Assembly: GCA_963774825.1 (NCBI GenBank)
Contig: CAVZGW010000006.1
Coordinates: 66,124 to 130,123, forward strand
Direction: 5' to 3'
Length of the DNA stretch: 64,000 bases
Source: an uncultured Actinomycetes bacterium
GTDB taxonomy: Bacteria > Actinomycetota > Actinomycetes > Streptosporangiales > Streptosporangiaceae
Numbering within the stretch: position 1 is the first letter of the stretch; each line of letters begins with the position of its first letter. Of the stretch, positions 63,788 to 64,000 are shown piece after piece. The position numbers and the translations under genes are program-made. The notes beneath the pieces are model-generated. The model had not been told where the DNA came from, made no database searches, and saw only the letters and a program-made list of their open reading frames with translations.

Positions 63788-64000
63788 CGGCGGGTCCGCG
63801 CCGGGGCTCGAAGTCCGAACGCCCGCTGGCTTAGCCAGCGCACCCCGCGAGTCGCGGCACCGGGCCTGATCGTCGGGGGAAATGCTGCTAGGTCCATGGC
63901 CGGTACGAACAGTTCCCCACGGTTGCTGAGGTACATGTAAATCGGGTAAGACACCGTGCCGAGCCCGCGGAGCAGCGCTGAGGCGTGAGCACCACGCAGT

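Overview
High-GC actinobacterial-type DNA (codon usage, IS families and protein families all point that way). It reads as a heavily decayed accessory region, not a housekeeping locus. I found no rRNA, no CRISPR array and no intact tRNA.

About 35 ORFs look intact:
- YciI plus an ECF-type sigma factor, and an SRPBCC protein
- an NTF2-like / alpha-beta hydrolase / secreted-protein operon
- LhgO, an S9 peptidase, an SDR, a cupin and methyltransferases
- LuxR regulators and a DUF1707 protein
- five type II toxin-antitoxin pairs

About 40 loci are fragments or frameshifted genes:
- IS remnants: IS6, IS110, IS66, IS701, ISKra4, a DDE_Tnp_4 element and many fragments of one rve-integrase IS
- two separated halves of group II intron
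- a frameshifted large serine recombinase
- three broken epoxide hydrolase paralogs and two broken large LuxR regulators
- a broken DUF4062-NB-ARC-TPR STAND NTPase

One intact IS630 element sits in a low-GC islet.

The main feature not explained by genes is a family of five partial noncoding modules derived from a tRNA-Phe(GAA) gene. Three of them carry the tRNA 3' half from the anticodon loop to the discriminator. One of those three is a complete but degenerate pseudo-tRNA. In two copies the half-tRNA is preceded by about 270-285 nt of conserved sequence containing CCCACA repeats. Three modules lie directly beside toxin-antitoxin cassettes. My interpretation is a stack of decayed integrative elements at a tRNA-Phe site, but a structured tRNA-like RNA is not excluded.

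I could not identify a complete known defence system. The best novelty candidates are the tRNA-Phe-derived modules, an orphan membrane protein at 23829-25151 next to the STAND remnant, and the small genes accompanying the serine recombinase.

All homology calls come from motif recognition by eye. Coordinates of fragments are approximate.
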